DNA of 64,000 nucleotides from an uncultured virus (IMG/VR IMGVR_UViG_3300042884_001034) (Duplodnaviria; Heunggongvirae; Uroviricota; Caudoviricetes). Below the pieces are notes generated by a model. It was not told the DNA's origin. It saw only the letters and a list, made by a program, of their open reading frames with translations, and did not search any database. This document shows positions 56,501-64,000 of the stretch, piece by piece; position 1 is the first letter of the stretch; each line of letters begins with the position of its first letter. Made by a program: the position numbers and the translations under genes. Location of the stretch: IMG/VR virus record IMGVR_UViG_3300042884_001034, positions 1 through 64,000 of that record; one strand, 5' to 3'.

Positions 56501-59500
56501 ATTTTCAAAAACATCAATAATTCTTAAGTGCACTCTCATCTTCTCTGCAAAATCTGAAAGTTCTTTATTATTTGAATCGTTAGAAGAAGCTGGTCTATTT
56601 TTATAAATAGTGTTATAATCATTTAATAGCTGGTCACCCTCTTCTCTCATAATACCTACAACATCAATTAAAGAAGCAATATTATTTTGTCCCTGTAAAA
56701 GACGAACAGCTTTTCTAATAGTGTTTAAACGCTCTATTTTAAATAAACGCTCATCATCATCTGTTACTTCTTCCTTGCCTATTTGTTTAAGCATGGAATT
56801 TAGTTTTTTAATAATATTATCAAGATCTTCATATCCTGTAGATTCTGTTTGTTCAGAAACAGGCACAAGTCTAAGATCTTGTATTTTAGTTTTATCTATA
56901 GAACCTATAGCTATTCCTTTTAATTCAAGGCCAGAACTCTTATTGCCTTTTTCTTTATACCCAAAATCCATAGCTATTGGAATAGCTCTATTCATTCCAA
57001 ATTCTTTTATTCCATAAAAGTCTTTAAGAATATTTTTATATGTACCAAGCTGAATATCAAAGGCTCCTTGTTTAAACCATGCAACATCTTCACCGTTTAT
57101 TTGCATAAACTTCCAATCAAGAATATGTCCTTTCCCCGAAGGATCTACAGCTAAGAAGTCTATTGTACCAGCTCTTTTATCTTTAGGATTGTAAACTATA
57201 ACTTCCGAGAAAACTAATGCATCTTTATCTAATGTTTGTAAAAGACTTACATAATAGTTTTCCAACATATTATACATTTCTTCAGAAGGAAGATTGAATT
57301 TTACAGGTCTTGGATCAGGAGTGGTCTTTTTTGTACCATCTTTATTATAATATCTATTATGTATTTCTTCAAAATCAGCATGCCCCTCCACCCCATATTT
57401 TCTTTTCATCTCGTTAAAAGCCTTTTCTTCTGGAGTGAATTTTTTATCTTTAAATCTTTTCTTATACCACTCTTTAACAAGATCTGTCACCCTTTTGGTT
57501 ATTTTTTGTTTTGTACCATCAGGAAGAGATATTTCATACCAGTTGGTAGACTCATCTGAATCTGCTAACACTTCATCAGACTTTTCATCACTAACCACTT
57601 TGTTAATAGAATTTCTTGTTTCCTGTATTTTTTCTTGCACTTTCTTTTGTGCATCAGATAGTTGGTAAAATATTCCTCCTTCAGAAATATCAGAAATGGT
57701 TCCTCCCACCTCACCTTCAATCACTCTAGCTCCCACTTCTTCAAATATAGATATGTTGGATTTTCTATATACACCTCTTATAAGATCTAATATTTTATTC
57801 CAAAAGTTTCTAAATAATGATTGAGTGGCTTCCTCCATTAATTCAGGATAGGCTTCTGTAGCTCCTGCTTTATTAATAATTACTTCCACTAAAAGTTTAT
57901 CTACAGCTTCTTTCTTTATTTTACGTATATCTGGTTTTCCATTAGGAAGTTTATATACATCTTTATATTGATCATAGACTTGTTTATATATCTTAAATCT
58001 ATCTATTTTAGAAATCATTTCTGTAACAAGTCTTGGGTCCATTTGTTCTAAAATAGCTGTTGCTACGTGTACCATTTCTTCTGTGAGAGCAACATCTTCT
58101 TTCCCCTCTGCTACAGCAATTATCCCTCTAACAAGATCTGCCAGTCCATTTATTCCTTTTGTTGTTACGTCTTTATTACCTTTTAAATAATCAGAAAGCT
58201 GCTGAATACTAATACCCATTTTTTTAGCAGCTTCCTTCACCTTAGAAAGTGTTTCAGCAGAAGCCTTAGAAGCAGGCATTCCTTCTTTTTGTAAAAGAAT
58301 TTGTTTCTGTTCTCTTTCAGGAACAATTTCTACTTCATTCCATGTATTACCATATTCATCTGTAATTTGTTTTACATTATCCTTTCCGTATTGTTTATTT
58401 AAAATATTCTTTACAGTGTTCTCATAGAAGTTGTATATAGGTTTTAAAGCACCAAAACCATTTTTTTCAACATCTTCAAGCTCTTTTTTAAGTTGATTTA
58501 TTTCATTTTTAGTTTCTTCTGAAAACTTACTTTTTAAAGATTCAATTTCTTCTTTAGTAGCTGTTTTTTCTCTACCTGTTTCATTGCTTACTTTTCTCCA
58601 AGTTAAAACCTCATTACCATTTTCATCTTCTAAATATCTTTGAATATAATAAAATCCATCAACATTTTTATTTTTTAAAATACTAGATTCTTCAAGTTCT
58701 TTAATTCTATTTTCTTTTTGTTTCTTAAACTCTTCTAATGTTGTATGTCCTTCTACTTTACTAGCTGTATTACCAGAAGGGAATAACACTTTCTCATATC
58801 CTTTTTTAGCACTATCTTGTAGAATAGATTTAATAAAGAATGTAACCCAGTTAGAGTTTTTGTTTAGAAGTTGGAGGAATTGATTATCTGAACTATTATC
58901 TCCTCTTTCATCAAATCTTTTTTCTAACGCACTTCTTCTTAAAGTAGCTGTTTTACCTTCTTGATTTGAAATTGTAATTAATTCATAAAGATTAGAATCT
59001 GTGTCAATATTTGTAACTGTAAACTTTTCACCATTAGATATAAATGTATCTCCTACTTTTTTAATATCAAGCTTTTTAGAAAGAACTTTACTATCTCTAC
59101 CCTTCTGAAAAAGATCAGATTGTACTTCTAGTATTCTACGAGTTGTAGTAGGTGTACCTCCAACACCAGGAATGCCATTTTTTTCTAATTCTTTAGCTGC
59201 TTGAGCACCTTCAGTATCTCTAACTTCTTCTATTTCTTGAGGTAGTGCTTTTCTATTTTGAATACCAACTATAGAATCATCACTTCTAAACCAACCAATA
59301 CCTTGATCTGTAGCAAACTGAGCATGTCCTTTAATAGAAGGAGTAATAGCTGGTGTAGCTATTTCATTTTCTGTATAATTGGTTCCTCCTGGAACTGTTA
59401 GGTTAGAATATACAGAACTATTATTAGCAGCTCTTTGAGTATTAAAAGCTCTGTTAGCCTCTTCTAATGTTTTAAAAATTGCTATATCAGGATCCCCATC

Positions 59501-59989
59501 TTCTGTAATATATTCAATAAAATAATCCCCAACTTCAGCTCCTAAAGCCATAGCAGAATTTTCATCGGTTATTTGTTTAGGTTCAGAACTTTTACCATAA
59601 ATATCAGAACCTATTTTATTTTTAGCAACATTAATCTCAATAGCATAACTATAATTAGCTAACATGTTGGTAATCAACTCATTACGATCTGTTGTATTAA
59701 ATGATTTGAGAAGTTCTATTTGGTCTTTAGGAATACTAAGATCAGATTGTACCTTGTTCCAAAAAGCATCTCCTTTCACTCTATTCTTTTCTAAGGAAGA
59801 AAAAAGTTTAATAGCCTTCTCAGATTGTAAAGCATCTACAGATTTTAATCCAGCTTTAACAATAGAACTTTTACTCTCACTTTCAGGAACATTTCCTTCA
59901 TAAAGATCCCATAAAGCATAAGCAACATTCTCTCCTCTAGCTGCTACTAACAATTTCCAAGAATCAAGATTTATATTAGGACATGCCAT
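53537..59989 (-). CDS. Giant (2150 aa) crAss-like ejection/cargo protein with polyvalent-type, zincin-like and PD-(D/E)XK modules
   Basis: Directly downstream of the RNAP gene; LEVQSD module, EEMVH, SE...GTIDF...ILDWK...QL..Y; hydrophobic segment near the C-terminus. Confidence 0.75.
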   Translation of the reverse strand: MACPNINLDSWKLLVAARGENVAYALWDLYEGNVPESESKSSIVKAGLKSVDALQSEKAIKLFSSLEKNRVKGDAFWNKVQSDLSIPKDQIELLKSFNTTDRNELITNMLANYSYAIEINVAKNKIGSDIYGKSSEPKQITDENSAMALGAEVGDYFIEYITEDGDPDIAIFKTLEEANRAFNTQRAANNSSVYSNLTVPGGTNYTENEIATPAITPSIKGHAQFATDQGIGWFRSDDSIVGIQNRKALPQEIEEVRDTEGAQAAKELEKNGIPGVGGTPTTTRRILEVQSDLFQKGRDSKVLSKKLDIKKVGDTFISNGEKFTVTNIDTDSNLYELITISNQEGKTATLRRSALEKRFDERGDNSSDNQFLQLLNKNSNWVTFFIKSILQDSAKKGYEKVLFPSGNTASKVEGHTTLEEFKKQKENRIKELEESSILKNKNVDGFYYIQRYLEDENGNEVLTWRKVSNETGREKTATKEEIESLKSKFSEETKNEINQLKKELEDVEKNGFGALKPIYNFYENTVKNILNKQYGKDNVKQITDEYGNTWNEVEIVPEREQKQILLQKEGMPASKASAETLSKVKEAAKKMGISIQQLSDYLKGNKDVTTKGINGLADLVRGIIAVAEGKEDVALTEEMVHVATAILEQMDPRLVTEMISKIDRFKIYKQVYDQYKDVYKLPNGKPDIRKIKKEAVDKLLVEVIINKAGATEAYPELMEEATQSLFRNFWNKILDLIRGVYRKSNISIFEEVGARVIEGEVGGTISDISEGGIFYQLSDAQKKVQEKIQETRNSINKVVSDEKSDEVLADSDESTNWYEISLPDGTKQKITKRVTDLVKEWYKKRFKDKKFTPEEKAFNEMKRKYGVEGHADFEEIHNRYYNKDGTKKTTPDPRPVKFNLPSEEMYNMLENYYVSLLQTLDKDALVFSEVIVYNPKDKRAGTIDFLAVDPSGKGHILDWKFMQINGEDVAWFKQGAFDIQLGTYKNILKDFYGIKEFGMNRAIPIAMDFGYKEKGNKSSGLELKGIAIGSIDKTKIQDLRLVPVSEQTESTGYEDLDNIIKKLNSMLKQIGKEEVTDDDERLFKIERLNTIRKAVRLLQGQNNIASLIDVVGIMREEGDQLLNDYNTIYKNRPASSNDSNNKELSDFAEKMRVHLRIIDVFENIGRDIGHLVYTKDMLENAKTEEEREDVARRKDIHDQLMAQSNAIYRSKEQLTKAAQDFADKHVGQRNLVFGLLSPEAVIKGLSSNFRGISELPSKALQLLYKVVRGAQGEASKASLERVQKLMDIRKKLAEQGGDLRTIVQQIYQKDDKGGIVNKLIHRYSRKFHEEVDAKAKEGGDKQWLLDNIDVEEYKKEANKRLEDQIKKIERQIYTSDKNENEAIRVKNIKEAQEMWDIDNKNFNGWNNYIIKRHPLPKWYSEEYKNILKNPILLELYNFIGSINEEAKEAGYITNKVMKTFLPFVRKGAAEELAWDHSISPLKNFSESLKMQTDDVGFGSFNELTGELENSVPKYYTYDFTRKDGVNDYSDVSEDLFKNMILYIQQMEKYKYLSAVEGQLQLVKTVEQFKGHLATDRSANVVKQGGKIIEIPGNEENTKMYDDFLRVLLYGQKYVLSDTDTPLNVGKVLNFVKNGVNTITGREVFKIDEEPSATSLVKTMDAANRAFQLKALGFEFISGAVNMFGGNIQVATQAGDYFKARDFLKNQAKLAVQRFDNEEDREIFVQLVNTFMPLKDDPSTDIYKYEAGMTALTRKNLGDMLMVFMRKPEQLIEKSIFVTLLENMMVDNGRIVNINDFVKNKYKNRYKSSSEYKQSKEAIKAEVEELKKTKSIAVTKKLVNGKLEIPGLDLSNQRELQRLTELTRRISRNATGGMSDGDINRMSMSVWTNSMMLFKSWIPKLADTRFSEFRKVSDDFSVTVDEDGVKGEKYDIGRIRLLAYVLGTSIRDKSANITNLIQMNDKGIALIDKMYEDFAEKYEKRTGETLNMTKEDFADMIRTNLRNEIKELAILGALLGVMISLGFMAPDDEEDKATKNFFRYSQRVVDKFVGELSFFYNPVNFESLLSGSMFPAIGLITDYTRFTSHFVREVTGFDITDPTLSAEEVRKKAMPIKYAAKALPVAKSALTYGAILNNEFAKEFDITIQKESSMK

Positions 59990-59992
59990 ATT

Positions 59993-62900
59993 TTAACATT
60001 TATTATTTTTAATTATTGTTCCTGCTTCAGCCAATGTGTAGCCCATGTCTACAAGCATTTTTGTGTTTAATTGCTCAGATGAATATGTTTTTCCATCTTT
60101 AAGAGACACTGTTTTTTCAGTAGTTGTAGACTCCAAAGATACTAAATTTTCATCTAAATATGATAAAATTTCATCATCTTCTTTTTCTTGTTCCACTTTT
60201 AAAAATCCATTATCTATCTTAGATTTTTTAGCTACATCATACATTTCTACAGCCCTGAAAGAGTCTCCCCAAGCATTAACCATTTTATAAATATATTCAG
60301 TAATAACAATATTTTGTCCATCTTTATTCATTGTATATTCATTAGTAAATGGTATATCTCCATTATATATTTTTTTGAAAAGTCCTTTTTTGATATAAGA
60401 ATAATCACCTTTCTTTCTCATAGCTTCTTTCTCATATTTATTTCCCACTTCCCATGTAAACACAACATAGTCAGAGTCTGCTTCCCTGGATTTTGTATTA
60501 AACTTAATCAATTGAGGAATATCTCCAGTTTCCATAGGTTTATTAAACCCAGATAAATTTCTAAAAAAGTCAAAATTTTTATATCTCCAATTACCAAATT
60601 GATCTTGTTTTTTAACTAGTCTTCTACTAGGAACAACATCTCCATCATTCCAATTATTTCTTTGAAAAACTCCTAATTTATAAAAATCATTAAGATTTGG
60701 AATTGTCTCAAGCTTTGATAGGGTCTTATTGTAGATTTCTTTAAAATCTTCATAAGGAATAAGAGATGTAAATGATATTGGAGACCTATTTAATCCAGAT
60801 TGCAAAACAGCGAGCCTAACTAAGTTTCCATATAAAGGACTTTTTATACCTTTAAAATATTGTTTTAGTTCTTCAAAAGCATAGATAATTTGATTTTGAT
60901 CATACACTTTATTATCTCTACCAACAATCTTTAAATTGTTTGTTCCGTTTTCTAGTTTTTGAGAAAATACAGGAACAAGACTATTTATTAAAATATTATC
61001 TTTTAAAGGATGTTTGCTAGATTTTTTAACATCTACAATAAAATCTGACATTTGTTTAGCCACATTATTATCTTCTAAAAGAATTCTTTGTACCATTGTA
61101 TTAAGATCTCTATCATTCTGCACTGCCCAATCAAAAAGATCATTCACTGCCTTTTGAGAAATTTTAACAAAATCCCTATCCGATTCATTTATATACGGAA
61201 GTAACACTTTTTCCATAACTCCTCTAACATTAGTTTGGTCAGAAACAAGTATTGTAGAAAGAGCATTTCTTAATTTAAGCAATAAATCACTTAAATTTCC
61301 TATGAAAGAATTTTCTAATATATCATCTACGGAAGATACAATAGATGTTTTTGCTTTTTTAAGTTGTTCCATTTTCTTAAATACTAAAAATGGATCATTA
61401 AAAGAAGCTGTATCAAAATTAGAACCCTGTGTAACTAAGTATAGCTGATTAGCCATCTTAGCATACTTAACAAACTCAGATAGGATAAATCTTTGATCTG
61501 CTTTCTGCTCTGGAGATAAATTTTCTCCCTCCCCAATCATATCCCATAATTTACTCTTGCTAGGTATTTTAGTGGGCTTTGTAATAGATGAATCATATTT
61601 AGAAATAACATCTTCAAATATGTCCCCAATAAATAACCAAGAATACCCAGACCTTTCTATGGATTTTAAATAATCTCTCACAATGGGTTGGTTCATGAAA
61701 TAAGCAATAGTGTCGATTGGTACACCTATCTTAGCTAAAAACAACCATGTACTAGCTACATTAGGAGTGGCTCCTAATTCCATAATCCAGGGTCCTTTAG
61801 ATATATCCACATATCCATCAATAAACTGTCCATTTATATCTGATATATCTTGGCCTTCTGCATTTTCTATCATAGAAAGTGTAGGAACTTTTTCTCCATC
61901 CACTTCTATACTGTTATACTGTTCAAAGTTAATTTCTGCATCACCCAACCACTCTCTGTCAGCAGCATCCTGTATTGCTAATTTATTTTTATCTATGTAA
62001 ATAGGAGATCTCTGATTTAATGAGTGATTAGTTTGACTTACAGCAGCAATACCAATAGCATATTTACCACTAACAAATGCTTGTCTAAGTCTTGACATAA
62101 ACACCCTGTTTAACATGTTTCCTGTAGAATCATAGTTAAAAGCCCCCACTCCTAATTTATCAGAGATTTTTTTAGATAAATCTTTAAGTTGATCTGCGGA
62201 GTTTGGAGAAGTAAGTCTTTTGAAATTTTTAGGATGAGAAACAAGTTTTTCACAAGACTCTATATATTCATTTTCTAAAGACTCTTTGTACATTTTGTCT
62301 TTAAACTCTTCTAATAAAATCTGCTGTACATCCCAATTAGTTAATTCAGAAAGTTTTTTACCAAGTTTTTCTAATCTTTTTATAAAAATTTCCTCAATAT
62401 CAGCAACTAATAATTTACCGTCTTCAGTTTCTTTTTCAAACATTTGTTTAAAAATAGGAATCCATTTATTAGCTGTTTTGTCACTAGATATTCCCAAAGA
62501 AATATCACTGAATAAAGACTGTAAATCAGCTGTAGATATTTTTTTAGCTTCTGCTTTATCTATTTTGCTTTGTAAAATATCAAAGAAAATATCTTCATAT
62601 TTATTTTTGTTATTAGGATCTATACCAAAAAATGGTACAATCTCTATATTTCCTTTAGCATTTTTAAATACGTTTTTAAAGTATATAGAAAGTTTATCTA
62701 TATCAAAGTCAGATCCCACTTTCTGAACCAATGCTGAAGGAATTACAACAGAGTCTCCAAATTCCTTAGGAAGAAATCTTTTAATTTTAAAAACATCAAT
62801 AGAGTTTTGCTTTTGTGTAGGAATACGGTATGCAAGTCCAGATAGAATTTTTTGTCCTTCTGGAGTTTCATTTAAATATTTTAAAAGCTCTTCGTCAGAC

Positions 62901-64000
62901 AAATCACTCTTAAACCATCTACCCACCATTATTTCACACACACGTTTACCATCCTCATCCTTATAAAACTCAAGAGTGTCAGATGTATATCCTAGTTTTC
63001 CGTTAATTTCTCTTAATTCTGTTTTTGTAGATTCTAATAAAGCAGCAGGAATTTGTACTTTTAATCCACCAGAAATTTTAGGAGAAATTACTTCCTTATC
63101 TGCTATGGAATATAAAATATTTCTTATTTGTTGGTAGGCAGGTGTGGCCTCTAATATTACAGAACCTTCTGCATAATTTCTTACAGCCTCACTTATATTA
63201 TCATTAACCTCTCTTTTTAATAACTCTTGTCTTAAAAACTCTGCAACTTTTTCAATATTCTCTGGTTCAATAACATATCCATCAGCAGTTTCTGTTATAT
63301 GCAATTTATTCAATAAAGACTTATATCCATTTACAGCAATAGCTTCTAAAAGATTTTGGTTGTTTTTTATCTCTTTGTAGAGAGAAGATTCTTTTATTCT
63401 ACCTTCTTCGTCTAATGCATACCAAGCTTTATACCTTTCTGGAAATGTTTTTGTTTCTTCAAAGTCTACAGGAACTCCTGCTTCCATATAATCCATAGTG
63501 ATGAGTTTTGTCACCTGGGATCCTCTAGTTACCAAAGGAGTGTCTTTAGAAGGCACTTCAGATTGAACACTCATTATGTCAAAAGGAACATTGAACACTC
63601 CTTCAAACTCATTAGTGTTAAAACTACCATCCTCGTTATATACAGAATTAGTTTTTTCAGCTCCCACTTTTCTAGCACTCTTAAACACTACATAATCAAT
63701 GTTTTCTTCCTGCATTTTATCATAAAGCTTTAATGCGTTGGAAGAAGCATTTATCTCATACATCACTCTATATGATAATGGATATAATGCAAACTTGTCT
63801 AGCATTACATCATTGTAATTTTTACCATTATCTTTATTTCCAGCTACAATAGGTTTAACTGGTGTATAAGTACTCTTTGCAGCAGGATTCTTATTAAGAA
63901 GCTTTTGTAACTCTTCTTTAGAGGCTCCTGATTTAGCAGCTTCTTCAAATTTAATATCAAACTTATATTGAAGCTCTTCGTTTTCATTCCATTCTCCAGA
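59993..64000 (-). CDS. crAss-like virion RNA polymerase (5'-truncated by the window edge)
   Basis: YRIPTQ and GSDFDIDK (DFDID at 62696-62710, the DxDGD variant of crAss-like RNAPs); frame stays open for 65 codons from 63806 to 64000. Confidence 0.88.
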   Translation of the reverse strand, partial: SGEWNENEELQYKFDIKFEEAAKSGASKEELQKLLNKNPAAKSTYTPVKPIVAGNKDNGKNYNDVMLDKFALYPLSYRVMYEINASSNALKLYDKMQEENIDYVVFKSARKVGAEKTNSVYNEDGSFNTNEFEGVFNVPFDIMSVQSEVPSKDTPLVTRGSQVTKLITMDYMEAGVPVDFEETKTFPERYKAWYALDEEGRIKESSLYKEIKNNQNLLEAIAVNGYKSLLNKLHITETADGYVIEPENIEKVAEFLRQELLKREVNDNISEAVRNYAEGSVILEATPAYQQIRNILYSIADKEVISPKISGGLKVQIPAALLESTKTELREINGKLGYTSDTLEFYKDEDGKRVCEIMVGRWFKSDLSDEELLKYLNETPEGQKILSGLAYRIPTQKQNSIDVFKIKRFLPKEFGDSVVIPSALVQKVGSDFDIDKLSIYFKNVFKNAKGNIEIVPFFGIDPNNKNKYEDIFFDILQSKIDKAEAKKISTADLQSLFSDISLGISSDKTANKWIPIFKQMFEKETEDGKLLVADIEEIFIKRLEKLGKKLSELTNWDVQQILLEEFKDKMYKESLENEYIESCEKLVSHPKNFKRLTSPNSADQLKDLSKKISDKLGVGAFNYDSTGNMLNRVFMSRLRQAFVSGKYAIGIAAVSQTNHSLNQRSPIYIDKNKLAIQDAADREWLGDAEINFEQYNSIEVDGEKVPTLSMIENAEGQDISDINGQFIDGYVDISKGPWIMELGATPNVASTWLFLAKIGVPIDTIAYFMNQPIVRDYLKSIERSGYSWLFIGDIFEDVISKYDSSITKPTKIPSKSKLWDMIGEGENLSPEQKADQRFILSEFVKYAKMANQLYLVTQGSNFDTASFNDPFLVFKKMEQLKKAKTSIVSSVDDILENSFIGNLSDLLLKLRNALSTILVSDQTNVRGVMEKVLLPYINESDRDFVKISQKAVNDLFDWAVQNDRDLNTMVQRILLEDNNVAKQMSDFIVDVKKSSKHPLKDNILINSLVPVFSQKLENGTNNLKIVGRDNKVYDQNQIIYAFEELKQYFKGIKSPLYGNLVRLAVLQSGLNRSPISFTSLIPYEDFKEIYNKTLSKLETIPNLNDFYKLGVFQRNNWNDGDVVPSRRLVKKQDQFGNWRYKNFDFFRNLSGFNKPMETGDIPQLIKFNTKSREADSDYVVFTWEVGNKYEKEAMRKKGDYSYIKKGLFKKIYNGDIPFTNEYTMNKDGQNIVITEYIYKMVNAWGDSFRAVEMYDVAKKSKIDNGFLKVEQEKEDDEILSYLDENLVSLESTTTEKTVSLKDGKTYSSEQLNTKMLVDMGYTLAEAGTIIKNNKC

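Noticed and set aside
53889..62726. Numerous + strand ORFs inside the giant genes
   Set aside because: Antisense to long conserved-looking genes; Ser/Leu/Phe-rich shadow composition
1..64000. Stop-codon reassignment (TAG/TGA), known in some crAss-like phages
   Set aside because: Large genes are intact under the standard code, and TAG and TGA end plausible full-length genes (e.g. 40437, 38298, 6343)
1..64000. CRISPR array, tRNA or rRNA genes
   Set aside because: No regularly spaced repeats or cloverleaf signatures seen; intergenic gaps are short. tRNAscan-SE was not run

Overview
AT-rich (visually low-GC), gene-dense 64 kb segment of a tailed dsDNA phage. It is most consistent with a crAss-like (Crassvirales-related) phage of a Bacteroidota host: there is a giant virion-RNA-polymerase-like gene with a DFDID catalytic motif, an rIIA/rIIB pair, and TAnnTTTG promoter boxes. 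Positions 1-35461 are + strand early/replication genes (3D-domain protein, ThyX, PolA, DnaB, SF2 helicase, primase, UNG, rIIA/B, class II RNR, intein-containing RecA, dUTPase, PhoH, GT2 glycosyltransferase). Positions 35499-64000 are - strand late genes (small Lys-rich proteins, ferritin-like protein, a GT-A glycosyltransferase, lysis cassette, tail fibres, two giant ejection/RNAP proteins). The two blocks converge on a bidirectional terminator at ~35480. Best candidate for an undescribed system: a late operon in which a glycosyltransferase resembling plant protein O-glycosyltransferases (GT95/GT96) sits between two tiny proteins with 7-Thr tails, suggesting phage-encoded mucin-like O-glycosylation of the virion. 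Other notable items are a cluster of basic proteins punctuated by a recurring xKxGG/AQxG motif, a homing endonuclease that appears to have captured the helicase C-terminus, an HNH intein in the RecA P-loop, and a MIB/HERC2-like domain. All family assignments come from motif recognition by eye; no database search was run.
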